Origin: Subdoligranulum sp. CAG:314
GTDB lineage: Bacteria > Bacillota > Clostridia > Christensenellales > CAG-314
Assembly (NCBI GenBank): GCA_000437915.1
Contig: FR901000.1
Location: forward strand, 183,244-247,243
DNA: 64,000 nucleotides
Direction of reading: 5' to 3'
This document shows, piece after piece, positions 16,833 to 25,562 of the stretch. The notes beneath the pieces are model-generated. The model searched no databases. It was not told where the DNA came from and was given only the letters and a program-made list of their open reading frames with translations. The position numbers were made by a program, and so were the translations under genes. The number at the start of each line of letters is the position of its first letter. The first letter of the stretch is position 1.

Positions 16833-17858
16833 TTATAAAACCCCGCGCGAAACCTTGTCAAACAGCTCGGGCAGGTCGGTGTTTCTGTCGCTCCCCGCGA
16901 CGGCAAAGCCGAAACGCGCAAGCTCGCAAGACGCGTCGGACACGGCGTAAGGCAAGCCGCACACGGCAAGCATGGGCAAATCGTTCATGCTGTCGCCCAC
17001 CGCCGCAGTCATGCGGAAATGCACGCCGAGTCTCTTTGCGGTAATTTTCAGAGCGCGTCCCTTGTCGGCAAGGGGCGGGACTATTTCGTAGCTGTGCGGA
17101 GCCGTGCGCAGGGCTTTAAGCCCTATTGCCGCTGCCGCCCCGTCCACAATCGCCTCTGACTCCGAGTCGCCCTCGTCGACGAAAGCCAGAAGCTTGACCA
17201 CCCTTTTAAAATCGGTTTCACCCTTTTCGTCCAGATACATTTCGTCGTATCTTAAAAGATTTTCATAATCCTTTTGTCCGAGCGGCGTTTCGACGCGCAG
17301 AGCGTCGGGATAATATAAAACGTAGGGCAGTCCCTTTTCACGCAGTATGCGCGCGGCGGGACGCGCCTTTTCGCCCAGCTTCGCCACGATTTCCCGCCCG
17401 CCCCTGCCGTCGTACAGCACAGCGCCGTTGAGACAGCAGCAGGGATTTTTGTCGACTCCCAGCTCGCGCGCGGTTTTTTCTATGGATTTGTAAATTTTAC
17501 CCGTCGAAAGCACTACTCTGTCGGACAGCGCCCAACCGTTGAAAAACCTTTTTTTCTCGTCGGACAAAATTCCGCGCCGAGTCACGGTATTGTCAACGTC
17601 GGCGAAGTACAGAAGGTCGCGCGTTTTAAAACGCGCGAAAAACTCCCTGCGCAGCTTTTTGCCCCGTTCACATTCGACGTCGGAAACAGTTCCGGCGCGC
17701 CGCATGATTTCCGGCGCGCCGTCAAGTCCCTCATGCGTAACGTGGGCAAGAAAATACTCGTAGACAAGCTTCCCGTCGCTGTCTGTCAAGGGATAATACC
17801 GTTTAAATTCCTCCGCGCGTCTCAAAGCGGCGGCTTCGCGGACGCTCAACGCCCGCAC
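16833..17858 (-). CDS. Cof-type HAD-IIB phosphatase with an ~80-aa N-terminal extension
   Basis: HAD motifs FADVDNT (motif I) and VGDSMNDLPML (motif IV). The track ORF (to 18077) begins with Arg/Gly-rich out-of-context sequence that overlaps the upstream gene. I place the start at the GTG at 17858, preceded by ACGGAG 5 nt upstream. The start remains uncertain. Confidence 0.7.
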   Translation of the reverse strand: MRALSVREAAALRRAEEFKRYYPLTDSDGKLVYEYFLAHVTHEGLDGAPEIMRRAGTVSDVECERGKKLRREFFARFKTRDLLYFADVDNTVTRRGILSDEKKRFFNGWALSDRVVLSTGKIYKSIEKTARELGVDKNPCCCLNGAVLYDGRGGREIVAKLGEKARPAARILREKGLPYVLYYPDALRVETPLGQKDYENLLRYDEMYLDEKGETDFKRVVKLLAFVDEGDSESEAIVDGAAAAIGLKALRTAPHSYEIVPPLADKGRALKITAKRLGVHFRMTAAVGDSMNDLPMLAVCGLPYAVSDASCELARFGFAVAGSDRNTDLPELFDKVSRGVL

Positions 17859-19129
17859 CTCTTCTCCGTCATGAGACTGAGTATTTTTTTGTCTGTCTGC
17901 GCCATGCCCTCGCTTGCAAGCTCGCCGATGTTTTTTATCGTGTTGTCCACGCCCTTGACGACGATGCCCTCGCCGTCCAAAAACTCCTTGCCGTTGAGGC
18001 TCATGGCGTAGCCCAAAAGCCCCGCCTCCACCGCGACGGCTATTTTGGCGGCGCAGGAGGGCTTGGCTCCGTCGCATATCATTCCCGAACAGACGGCGAG
18101 CGCGTTTACGACCGTGTGGGCTATTTCGGAATAGCCCCCGCCGTTGAGATACGCTATGCCCGCGGCGGCTCCGCAGCCCGCGCTCACCGCCCCGCAGTAA
18201 GCGGACAGGCGGCCTATGCCCGTTTTCTGATGTATGGTCGTAAGATCAGCAACTATCAGCGCGCGCAAAAGCCTTTCTCTGTCGGCGGCCTTCTGCCTTG
18301 CGTATTCCACTACGGGCACGCTTGCGGTTATGCCCTGATTGCCGCTGCCCGACACTATGATTACCGGCTTGTCGCAGCCGCCCATGCGCGCGTCGCTGCC
18401 CGCCGCGGCGACGGCTTTGAGTCTTGATTCGGGAGAGTCGCCGAAGGTTTTGAGTATGACCTTGCCGACGTTTGCTCCCCAATCGCCTTTTAGCCCCTCC
18501 TCGGAAATGGCGGAGTTGAAGGCTATCTGCCTTTCGAGAATTTCTCTGATTTCATCCAAGTCCGCGACGTCGGCAAACTCCACTATTTTTTCCACGGTCA
18601 GCATACTGCGGTCGGCGACGCAGCAAGGATTGCTCTTTGCGCCCGAGCGGAAAAGCTCTCTGCCGTCCTTTTCAATCAACACCAAATTGGTATGAAAGCC
18701 CTCTATTACGGCTTTCGCGCGGGAGCTTCCCGCACCGACCGTCACGCGGATAAAAAAGGTCAAGTCGTTGTCGGCGGGACGCACCGACACTCCGCGTTTT
18801 TCAAGAAAGTCGCGGATTTCCTCCTCTCTGCCCGACGCCGAGCTCAACACGTCCAGCGCAAGCTCGGCTCTGCCCGCAACGACGCCTGCTGCGACTGCGG
18901 CTTCTATCCCCTTCAAGCCCCCCGTATTGGGTACTGCGACGCATCTCGCATTTTTGATTATGTTGCCGCTAAGCTCCGCCTCGCATACCTCAGGCTCGCA
19001 GCCAAGCGCCTTTTTGGCGGCAGCGGCGGCGTAGGCAATGGCGACAGGCTCGGTGCAGCCCGTCGCGGGCACAAGCTCTTCTTTGAGAATTCTGTTGAAA
19101 ATTTCTTTTTCGCAGGCTGTCAGACTCAT
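17846..19129 (-). CDS. UPF0597 / YhaM(CyuA)-family L-cysteine desulfidase-like protein
   Basis: ATGCTEPVAIAYAAAAA and the overall ~430-aa length match the YhaM/serine-dehydratase-alpha-like family. The ATG at 19129 has AAGAGG upstream. The track start at 19135 is a TTG. Confidence 0.85.
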   Translation of the reverse strand: MSLTACEKEIFNRILKEELVPATGCTEPVAIAYAAAAAKKALGCEPEVCEAELSGNIIKNARCVAVPNTGGLKGIEAAVAAGVVAGRAELALDVLSSASGREEEIRDFLEKRGVSVRPADNDLTFFIRVTVGAGSSRAKAVIEGFHTNLVLIEKDGRELFRSGAKSNPCCVADRSMLTVEKIVEFADVADLDEIREILERQIAFNSAISEEGLKGDWGANVGKVILKTFGDSPESRLKAVAAAGSDARMGGCDKPVIIVSGSGNQGITASVPVVEYARQKAADRERLLRALIVADLTTIHQKTGIGRLSAYCGAVSAGCGAAAGIAYLNGGGYSEIAHTVVNALAVCSGMICDGAKPSCAAKIAVAVEAGLLGYAMSLNGKEFLDGEGIVVKGVDNTIKNIGELASEGMAQTDKKILSLMTEKRCGR

Positions 19130-19266
19130 AAACAATACCTCTTTCCCAAGCGCAACGGCTTTTCAAAAAAATTATACCACAACCGCGCGGAAATTCAATA
19201 ATTTAAAAAACAGTTGTAAAAAAATCTCCGTTGAGGTATAATTTAAATCAATAGCGGAGTCCATTC

Positions 19267-19806
19267 ATGAAACAGATTACAAAAATATTTCTCTGCGTCT
19301 GCGTTTTCGCGCTGACGCTTCTCTGCTCGGCGGGCTGCGCGCCCGGCTCCTTCGACATAGAAGGCACCTCGCGCGAGCTTCGTCTCAACGGCTTTGTCTA
19401 CCGCAGCCTCGAAGGGGCGCAGGCAACGGGGAATTATTACACCGACAGCTTTGCCAACAGCTTCGGTTCGCAGGAGTTTTACAACTATCTCTACGTCAAC
19501 AGCCGCAATTACGAGTTCTTCGAGGAGTACAAAGCGCCTTCCGAAGCCGCCTATACTCAGGCAATCAACACCGTTGCAAACGCGGCAGGCGCGTTTTTGG
19601 AATTTTGGAACGACAACGGCGGAAAAAAGCAATATATTTTGATGTTCGAGTGCGTCGCGGAGGAAACCGCCGAGGAGGTGGCGGAGCTGCTTAAAACGGG
19701 CGCGGGCAGAGGCTTTTCCTGGGTGCTTCAAAAAAGCGTAAACATGACGCAAAGGGGCAGCGTGGTTGCGCTTTACACCGCAAACGCCGCAAAATATCTT
19801 AAATAA
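19267..19806 (+). CDS. Lipoprotein, unknown function
   Basis: 179 aa. The signal peptide ends with lipobox LCSAGC, and GGAG lies 8 nt upstream of the ATG. Confidence 0.7.
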   Translation: MKQITKIFLCVCVFALTLLCSAGCAPGSFDIEGTSRELRLNGFVYRSLEGAQATGNYYTDSFANSFGSQEFYNYLYVNSRNYEFFEEYKAPSEAAYTQAINTVANAAGAFLEFWNDNGGKKQYILMFECVAEETAEEVAELLKTGAGRGFSWVLQKSVNMTQRGSVVALYTANAAKYLK

Positions 19807-19822
19807 AAGGAGAACCGCAATT

Positions 19823-20086
19823 ATGGAAAAATTTACTTACAGACCGCAAAACGTATGTCCGGTAGCCATTTCCTTCGACCTTGACGGCGACACGGTGCAC
19901 AACATTTCTTTTTCGGGAGGGTGCAGCGGAAACCTAAAAGCCATTTCCAAGCTGCTTGAAGGCAAAACCGTCAATGAAATAGAAACCGCTTTGAAGGGCA
20001 ACACCTGCGGAAACAAGCCCACCTCGTGCGCCGACCAGCTTGCAAGAGCGGTAAGAGCCGCTTACGACAAACAATCGGGCAAATAA
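19823..20086 (+). CDS. TSCPD-domain protein (TIGR03905-like four-Cys family)
   Basis: 87 aa from the ATG at 19823, with AAGGAGAA upstream. FSGGCSGNLKAISKLLEGKTVNEI...CGNKPTSCADQLARAV matches the family as I remember it. Confidence 0.8.
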   Translation: MEKFTYRPQNVCPVAISFDLDGDTVHNISFSGGCSGNLKAISKLLEGKTVNEIETALKGNTCGNKPTSCADQLARAVRAAYDKQSGK

Positions 20087-20110
20087 TAAACGAATATCTG
20101 ACGAAAACAA

Positions 20111-20140
20111 ACGGACGCTTTACTCGCGTCCGTTTTTTAC
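20111..20140. terminator. Bidirectional rho-independent terminator
   Basis: aacggacgc-tttactc-gcgtccgtt followed by TTTT. It lies between the convergent TSCPD gene and alr, and the alr stop abuts the hairpin. Confidence 0.8.
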
Positions 20141-21219
20141 CGCACCGAAAGTCTTTCGTTCCTTGCAGAAAGCGCGGTGACAATTTCGTAGTCGATTGTG
20201 CCGCTGTGTTTGGCGCAGTCGGAGGCGGATATTCCTCCGCCGATTATCCACACGTCGTCCCCCGTTTCGGCCTCCGCGCCGGTCAGGTCGACCGTAAGAA
20301 AATCCATACATATCCTGCCCACGACAGGACATTTCTGCCCGTTCACCAAAACGCTGCCCTTGTCCGAAAGCCTGCGGGAAATCCCGTGTCCGTAACCCGC
20401 TCCCACGATTCCGAGCTTTGCGGGACGTTTCAATTTTCTCAAACCGTAGCCTATGTATTCGCCCTTGTCGGCGAAGCGCACCTGAAGCAGAGGCGCGCGC
20501 ATACTCAAAACGGGTTTCAACGCTCTGTCCGCGCCGCCGATGCCGTAAAGCGCGGCGCCCACGCGCACGGCGTCAAGTCGATACTGCGGATATCGAAACA
20601 GCGCCCGCGAGTTGCAGCAGTGGGCAACTCCCCTTTCAAAGCCGATTTTATCCAGCCCGTCCAAACAATTGATAAATCTTTCGCCCTGAATGCGGGTGCG
20701 CATTTCCGACTGCGCGTCTCTGCCGTCCGCGCTGCCGAAGTGGGTGAACACTCCCGACGTTTCAAAAAATTCCGTCGGACAGGAGGCGGCGATTTGCTCG
20801 GGCGCAAACCAGGGAAACCCAAGTCTGTTCATACCCGTGTCGACCTTTACGTGCACTTTGAGCTTTATTCCGTTTAATCTAGCCGCCAACGCAAGCTCCC
20901 GCGCGTATTCGGCGCAGAAAATGCTTTGGGACAATTTTAAATAACACAACTCCTCCGCGCTTTCGGGCGGCGTTGCTCCCAGCACGAGTATTTCTCCCGT
21001 TATGCCGCTTTCGCGCAGCCGCTTTCCCTCGTCGAGAGAACCCGCGACAAAACGCTTGACTCCGTTATCCGACAAAAACCGCGCGAATCCCGTCGTCCCG
21101 TGTCCGTAAGCGTCGGCTTTGACCACCGCATACAAATCCGCGTCCGCAGCCCTTTCTCTGACGAGATTGAGGTTAAATAGCGCGTTCTCCAAATTTAATA
21201 TCACTGCCGCATTTTTCAT
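20137..21219 (-). CDS. alr: Alanine racemase
   Basis: The PLP-lysine motif AVVKADAYGHG is present and the length is ~360 aa. I prefer the ATG at 21219, which puts the Lys ~34 aa from the N-terminus, over the upstream ATG at 21267. Neither has a strong SD. Confidence 0.9.
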   Translation of the reverse strand: MKNAAVILNLENALFNLNLVRERAADADLYAVVKADAYGHGTTGFARFLSDNGVKRFVAGSLDEGKRLRESGITGEILVLGATPPESAEELCYLKLSQSIFCAEYARELALAARLNGIKLKVHVKVDTGMNRLGFPWFAPEQIAASCPTEFFETSGVFTHFGSADGRDAQSEMRTRIQGERFINCLDGLDKIGFERGVAHCCNSRALFRYPQYRLDAVRVGAALYGIGGADRALKPVLSMRAPLLQVRFADKGEYIGYGLRKLKRPAKLGIVGAGYGHGISRRLSDKGSVLVNGQKCPVVGRICMDFLTVDLTGAEAETGDDVWIIGGGISASDCAKHSGTIDYEIVTALSARNERLSVR

Positions 21220-21289
21220 ACAACAGAATATGTTTTTTCTCTCCGCGTTATGAAAGGGACGGCGCATTTGGCAAGCAAAAAAGCCCGCC

Positions 21290-21869
21290 TTAAAGGCGGA
21301 GCTTGATGCGTTTTCCCTTGTTTTTGCGCGTTGCGGGCGAGTCGGCGGCAGTGCTCGTCCCCTTAACCCTTTCGTAAGGAGCCGAAAAATTTGCCGCTCT
21401 TTCCATATCCTTCAACAGTTCCGCCGTCCTTTGCAACGCAGCCGAAATCTCGCGGACGTCCGCCGCACGGCCGCATTTTGACAGTCCCGCGAACAAAAAC
21501 GCGTCTGCCGCTTTCTCCGCTTTCGCAACGCTTAAAAGAGCGTAGTCCGTCTTTCGCAACGCTTAAAAGAGCGTCGTCCGTCAATTCGAGATAAATCGCG
21601 TTTCTTTTTATCGGACTGCGAAAACGGGCGACAAAACCTTTTTCGACAAGGCTTTTGACGCAGGCGTAAAATTTCTTTCGGGGCAATCCGATTTTCTCAA
21701 TCAGCTCGGCTTCGGTCGCATAGCCGTCGGAACCGAGCGAAAACAGAATTTTCGTCTCACTGTCGTCGCACCCTTCGACGCGCCCCGACGCCGCCATGAA
21801 TAACCGCGAAGAGCCTGTTGCCAACGCTTTCAGCCGACTGCAAAAACCGTCGCAGTTTTGATTGTTCAT
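21290..21869 (-). pseudogene. Winged-helix (MarR/ArsR-like) regulator disrupted by a 31-bp tandem duplication
   Basis: Two overlapping ORFs in different frames (21363..21869 and 21290..21559) both encode ...ALLSVAK at the repeat. Deleting one 31-bp copy fuses them into a single 182-aa frame. Confidence 0.6.
21520..21582. repeat. 31-bp direct tandem duplication (2 copies, 1 mismatch)
   Basis: ctttcgcaacgcttaaaagagcgtAgtccgt at 21520..21550 and ctttcgcaacgcttaaaagagcgtCgtccgt at 21551..21581. The period of 31 is not a multiple of 3. Confidence 0.9.
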
Positions 21870-22009
21870 ACCGAAATTTTTGCATATTTTGTCATATTTT
21901 AAACCCTAAACAAGACAAAAGCGGCACAGCCGCATACTCTAAGACATTTTCGGAAATAGATTGTTAAAATCAAAATGCAAATATAAACCGCGCAATTTCC
22001 GAAAAACGC

Positions 22010-22038
22010 TTGACACTGCCTCCTGTTTTGAGTATAAT
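22010..22038 (+). promoter_or_regulatory. Consensus sigma-A promoter driving tRNA-Ala
   Basis: TTGACA (22010..22015), 17 nt, TATAAT (22033..22038). The tRNA 5' end is 15 nt downstream of the -10. Confidence 0.8.
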
Positions 22039-22052
22039 AAACAACACATCTC

Positions 22053-22128
22053 GGGGGTGTAGCTCAACTGGTAGAGCGCTTGAATGGCATTCAAGAGGTA
22101 AGGGGTTCGACCCCCCTCATCTCCACCA
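22053..22128 (+). tRNA. tRNA-Ala (anticodon GGC), CCA encoded
   Basis: The cloverleaf folds by hand. Acceptor GGGGGTG/CATCTCC includes the G3:U70 Ala identity pair. D arm is GCTC-aactggta-GAGC. Anticodon arm is CTTGA-atGGCat-TCAAG. T arm is AGGGG-ttcgacc-CCCCT. The 3' end is ACCA, total 76 nt. Confidence 0.93.
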
Positions 22129-22138
22129 AACGCGACGT

Positions 22139-22178
22139 ATACGCACACTTTTGACAGGTGTGCGTATTTCTTTTGTTT
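22139..22178 (+). terminator. Rho-independent terminator after tRNA-Ala
   Basis: atacgcacac-ttttgacag-gtgtgcgtat followed by ttcttttgttt. Confidence 0.8.
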
Positions 22179-22237
22179 CGTTCCGCCGTTTTATCGACAA
22201 GACGAAAAAAGCCCTTAAGAAATAAATGTGTTTTTTG

Positions 22238-22270
22238 TCCGCAAAGCGGAGCACGGTTTGCGGATTTTTG
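22238..22270 (+). terminator. Second terminator-like hairpin upstream of the methyltransferase promoter
   Basis: tccgcaaa-gcggagcacgg-tttgcgga followed by TTTTT. A TTGTAG-17-TAAAAT promoter-like element follows at 22283..22311. Confidence 0.45.
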
Positions 22271-22328
22271 TCGCGAGGCGGCTTGTAGGAAAGAATGCGC
22301 CGTGCTAAAATAAATTGAGGAGAAAAAA

Positions 22329-23081
22329 ATGCAGAAAAACGAAATCAATCGTTACGGAAACCTCTGCGTCGAAATGTATGAAATTCTGCACAGAGAGGCT
22401 CCGTCCGACGAATTGAATTTTTATCTTTCCTATGCCCAAGCGGGAAAGAAAATTTTGGAGCCGTTGTGCGGCAGCGGACGGTTTCTCGTTCCGTTTGCGC
22501 AAAAAGGCTTGGATATTTTCGGAGTGGATTCGTCACGGGAAATGCTTGACAAGCTGCAAGCAAAATACCCTGCAGCAAAATTTGCTTGCTCTACGATTGA
22601 AAATTTCCAAACGGAGGATAAATTCGACTATATATTTATAACGTCGGGTTCGATGTCCCTGTTCACCGATATGCGAGAGTGCAAAAAAATCGTCGGCAAA
22701 ATCAAAGCCCTGCTGAATCCGTTCGGGAAATTTGTTTTCGCCGTGGACGGGGCAGCCTCCCGCTGCAAAGACGACAATGATTTCAAGATTGCCGTTTCGG
22801 TGAAAACGGACGACGGCTGTGATTTGATTTTAAAAACGAAAAACACCTTCGACACGCGGACAGGCACACATTATTCTCCGTCCTTTTATGAGCTTTACGA
22901 CGGCGGAAGGCTTTTGAAACGGGAGTTTATGGATTTCAGAACGCATCTGTACAAATACGGCGAAATGGAAGCCGTGCTTAAAGAGGTCGGTTTCCCCATC
23001 GTAAGAACCTTTTCCTGCTTTGACAAGAACGAAACTTTGGGTGAAAAAGCGGAAATTTATCTTTTCGAATGTACCGTTTAA
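22329..23081 (+). CDS. Class I SAM-dependent methyltransferase
   Basis: 250 aa with motif I ILEPLCGSGRFLVPFAQKGLDIFGVDSS. GAGGAG lies upstream of the ATG. Confidence 0.85.
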   Translation: MQKNEINRYGNLCVEMYEILHREAPSDELNFYLSYAQAGKKILEPLCGSGRFLVPFAQKGLDIFGVDSSREMLDKLQAKYPAAKFACSTIENFQTEDKFDYIFITSGSMSLFTDMRECKKIVGKIKALLNPFGKFVFAVDGAASRCKDDNDFKIAVSVKTDDGCDLILKTKNTFDTRTGTHYSPSFYELYDGGRLLKREFMDFRTHLYKYGEMEAVLKEVGFPIVRTFSCFDKNETLGEKAEIYLFECTV

Positions 23082-23199
23082 TCAAATTCGGCTTTTCCCG
23101 CCTTAAATACTACAACATAATTTAATTAAAATTTTTCCGCTTTATTTTATAAATAAGCTAAAATAATTGCAAGATTCGCCGAACAGGAGGAAATCCACC

Positions 23200-23718
23200 A
23201 TGACAAATGAAAATCAAAAGAGACAAAAAGAAGAAGAATCGAAGCAGAAGCGCCTTTTGAAGGAATCGAGGCAAAAGGCAAAAGAAGCGGAAAAAGAGAA
23301 CAAAATCAGACAAAAGGCGAAGGAAAACGCCAAACGTCTCGCGGAGAAAAACTCGACGGATTTGCCGCCCGCAACAGCGTCGGAAAAAGCGCCCGACAAT
23401 GAAAGAGCAGCCGACGTCAAGCCTGCCGGCGACGAAATCTCAACGCGCGGTCAAGTCGAGTCGGACACTCGGTCCCCCGAAAGCTCGGACGAGGAGCAAA
23501 AGAAAAAGCCCGTCCACAAAAACTATCACGTCTCTTTGCGCGACGACGGAAAATGGCAGGTAAAATTCGCAAAGGGCGAAAAAGCATTGAAACTTTTCGA
23601 CACGCAGGCGGAGGCAATAACATTTGCGAAGGAAAAGGCGAAAAATCAGGACGGAAACATAACCATTCACAAAACGGACGGAAAAATCCGCAAACAAAAT
23701 TACAGCAAGCGCGACTGA
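23200..23718 (+). CDS. DUF2188-domain protein with a Lys/Glu-rich N-terminal region
   Basis: ATG at 23200, 8 nt after AGGAGGA. The track start at 23167 is a TTG. The C-terminus YHVSLRDDGKWQVKFAKGEKALKLFDTQAEAITFAKEKAKNQDGNITIHKTDGKIR is DUF2188-like. Confidence 0.75.
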   Translation: MTNENQKRQKEEESKQKRLLKESRQKAKEAEKENKIRQKAKENAKRLAEKNSTDLPPATASEKAPDNERAADVKPAGDEISTRGQVESDTRSPESSDEEQKKKPVHKNYHVSLRDDGKWQVKFAKGEKALKLFDTQAEAITFAKEKAKNQDGNITIHKTDGKIRKQNYSKRD

Positions 23719-23766
23719 CGGCTGCCGTCGTCCGTTAAGCTTTGCTTCAAGAAAAATCACGGTTTA

Positions 23767-23794
23767 AAAGCAGCTCGCAAAAGCGAGCTGCTTT
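23767..23794. terminator. Bidirectional rho-independent terminator
   Basis: aaagcagctcgc-aaaa-gcgagctgcttt is a 12-bp perfect stem between convergent genes. Confidence 0.8.
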
Positions 23795-23803
23795 AATTTT
23801 GCG

Positions 23804-25363
23804 TTAAAACTTTTTTATCGCCCGCAAAAATTCAGCTTTCCCCTCGCCGTCGGCGTCCTCTCTCTTCAAAACCAGAGTTTCCCCGAAAATCGCCGAATCG
23901 CAAATAAGTCTGTCTCCGTCCACGCGAAAGCTGATGAAATAACTCGTCTGCGCGCCTTGAAAATAGACATATTCCACTACAAGAAGATTGTCCTTTGCGT
24001 AAAAGCCCACAATCAAAAGCTCCGTTTCCGAGTCCCGCGCCTCGTAGGTGAGCACGCCTTTTCCGTCAAACGTAATGTCGAGCACATAAGAAACCTCGAC
24101 TGTTTCGCCGAAAAAATCCGCCTGCGCGACGCCCTTCCAGACGCCCGCCAGCTCGGCGGGGTCAAACAAAGCGTCGGGTGTTTTTTCGAGTTCGAGCGTT
24201 TCGTCGAAAAACGCTTTTTGCGAGCTTAAACCTATGCCGTCCCAAACAAAATCAATACGCCGCGTCTGTCCTCCGTCTTTAAACGACACGATAACTCTGT
24301 TTTCTCCGTAAGTGAAAACTTCTGCCTCCCCGTCGGAAAAAGCGCAGTCGTCTCCCGTCACGGAAAAAGCCGCGCCGCCGTCACCGTCTATGAGTAGGCA
24401 ATAATGCGCGTCTCCCTTTTCCGTCGCGCTCCGCCCCGTCCACTCTCCGCAAAGTCCCTCGAATGCGTCGGTTGCCTCCCACCTCGCGCAGAGAAAAACA
24501 TTTTCATATATCCCCTTTTCGAAATCGAAAGGAGTTTCGCTGCCCTCCTCATACCAACCGAGCAAAACGTATCCGAAACGATAGCTTTCGGGAAAGACCG
24601 CCTTTCCTCCTTTTTCCACAAGCTGACTTTCCGTCTCGGTGCCGCCCGCCGCGTCGAAGCAAACGCGAAAGCTGTTGACGCGCCACTCCGCCTTCAAAGT
24701 CATGCTTGACAGGACAGGCTCTTCAAACGAAAATTCCTCTCCGTCCTCCTTCCGCCAGCAGACAAAATCAAAGCCCTCCTTTTTCGGAGCGGACGGAGCT
24801 GCAATACATTCGCCCTTTTCGGCAATACGCGCGGGCACCACGCTGCCTCCGTCGCTGTCGAAATATACCGCGACTCTTATCGTCTCCCATTTTGCAACCA
24901 GCGTCAAGGATTCAAAAACGGGCAGTGAAAAATCAAAAGGCTCGTCCTCTCCCTGCCTGTACCAGCCCGCAAACGCTTTGTATCCGTTCTGCGGAGCTTC
25001 GGGAAGAGAAGCGCAGCCGCCTTTGTCGAACGTCTGAAAAGGCACGGCAGTACCTCCCGCGCTGTCGAACCTCACGGTCACTCTCGCATATTGCCAAACG
25101 GCGACAAGCGTCACGTCCTCCGTTATCGGCTGCGAAAAATCAAACTCCGCGCCGCTTTCCTTTTCCGTCCAGCAGGAAAATTCGTAGCCGTCCTTTTGCG
25201 GAGTGTAATCCTGTACGACCGAGCCGCTTTTCACGGAAACCGTTTTGGTCGCGCCGCCTTCGTCGAAGGTTACCGTAACTGTGCGCCCGCAGGCGACGGC
25301 GAAAACAAGCAGCGCAATCGCCGCCACAACCGACAGCAAAATTAAAATAAATTTTCTGTTCAT
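23804..25363 (-). CDS. Surface lipoprotein with four Flg_new (Listeria-Bacteroides) repeats and an unknown C-terminal domain
   Basis: 519 aa with lipobox FAVAC. There are four ~70-aa modules of the form VTVTFDEGGAT...DGYEFSCW...VTLVAVW. The C-terminal ~220 aa has no motif I recognise. Confidence 0.85.
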   Translation of the reverse strand: MNRKFILILLSVVAAIALLVFAVACGRTVTVTFDEGGATKTVSVKSGSVVQDYTPQKDGYEFSCWTEKESGAEFDFSQPITEDVTLVAVWQYARVTVRFDSAGGTAVPFQTFDKGGCASLPEAPQNGYKAFAGWYRQGEDEPFDFSLPVFESLTLVAKWETIRVAVYFDSDGGSVVPARIAEKGECIAAPSAPKKEGFDFVCWRKEDGEEFSFEEPVLSSMTLKAEWRVNSFRVCFDAAGGTETESQLVEKGGKAVFPESYRFGYVLLGWYEEGSETPFDFEKGIYENVFLCARWEATDAFEGLCGEWTGRSATEKGDAHYCLLIDGDGGAAFSVTGDDCAFSDGEAEVFTYGENRVIVSFKDGGQTRRIDFVWDGIGLSSQKAFFDETLELEKTPDALFDPAELAGVWKGVAQADFFGETVEVSYVLDITFDGKGVLTYEARDSETELLIVGFYAKDNLLVVEYVYFQGAQTSYFISFRVDGDRLICDSAIFGETLVLKREDADGEGKAEFLRAIKKF

Positions 25364-25562
25364 AACCTACTGTCCTCTCGTGTGCAAATAATTTACAAGC
25401 ATTTTACACCATATTCCGAATTATGTCAATATTGGGCGTTTAAATGTGTATTTTGTTTTAAAAAATAATATTTTGACAAATTATTATTTTTAAAGTCAAA
25501 AAAACGCGCCTTAACGGTGATTTGATGCCCGCGACGCGTTTTAATGAGAAAAATGTCGATGT

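Noticed and set aside
16833-18077. The full 414-aa version of the HAD phosphatase ORF.
   Set aside because: Its first ~73 codons overlap the 3' end of the YhaM-like gene and translate to RRQNSRRGGGG...-type junk. A GTG with an SD at 17858 gives a sensible protein.
22053-22328. tRNA-Ala as an integration site for a mobile element.
   Set aside because: No integrase or recombinase is nearby, I saw no direct repeat of the tRNA 3' end, and the downstream genes (methyltransferase, DUF2188) have ordinary composition.
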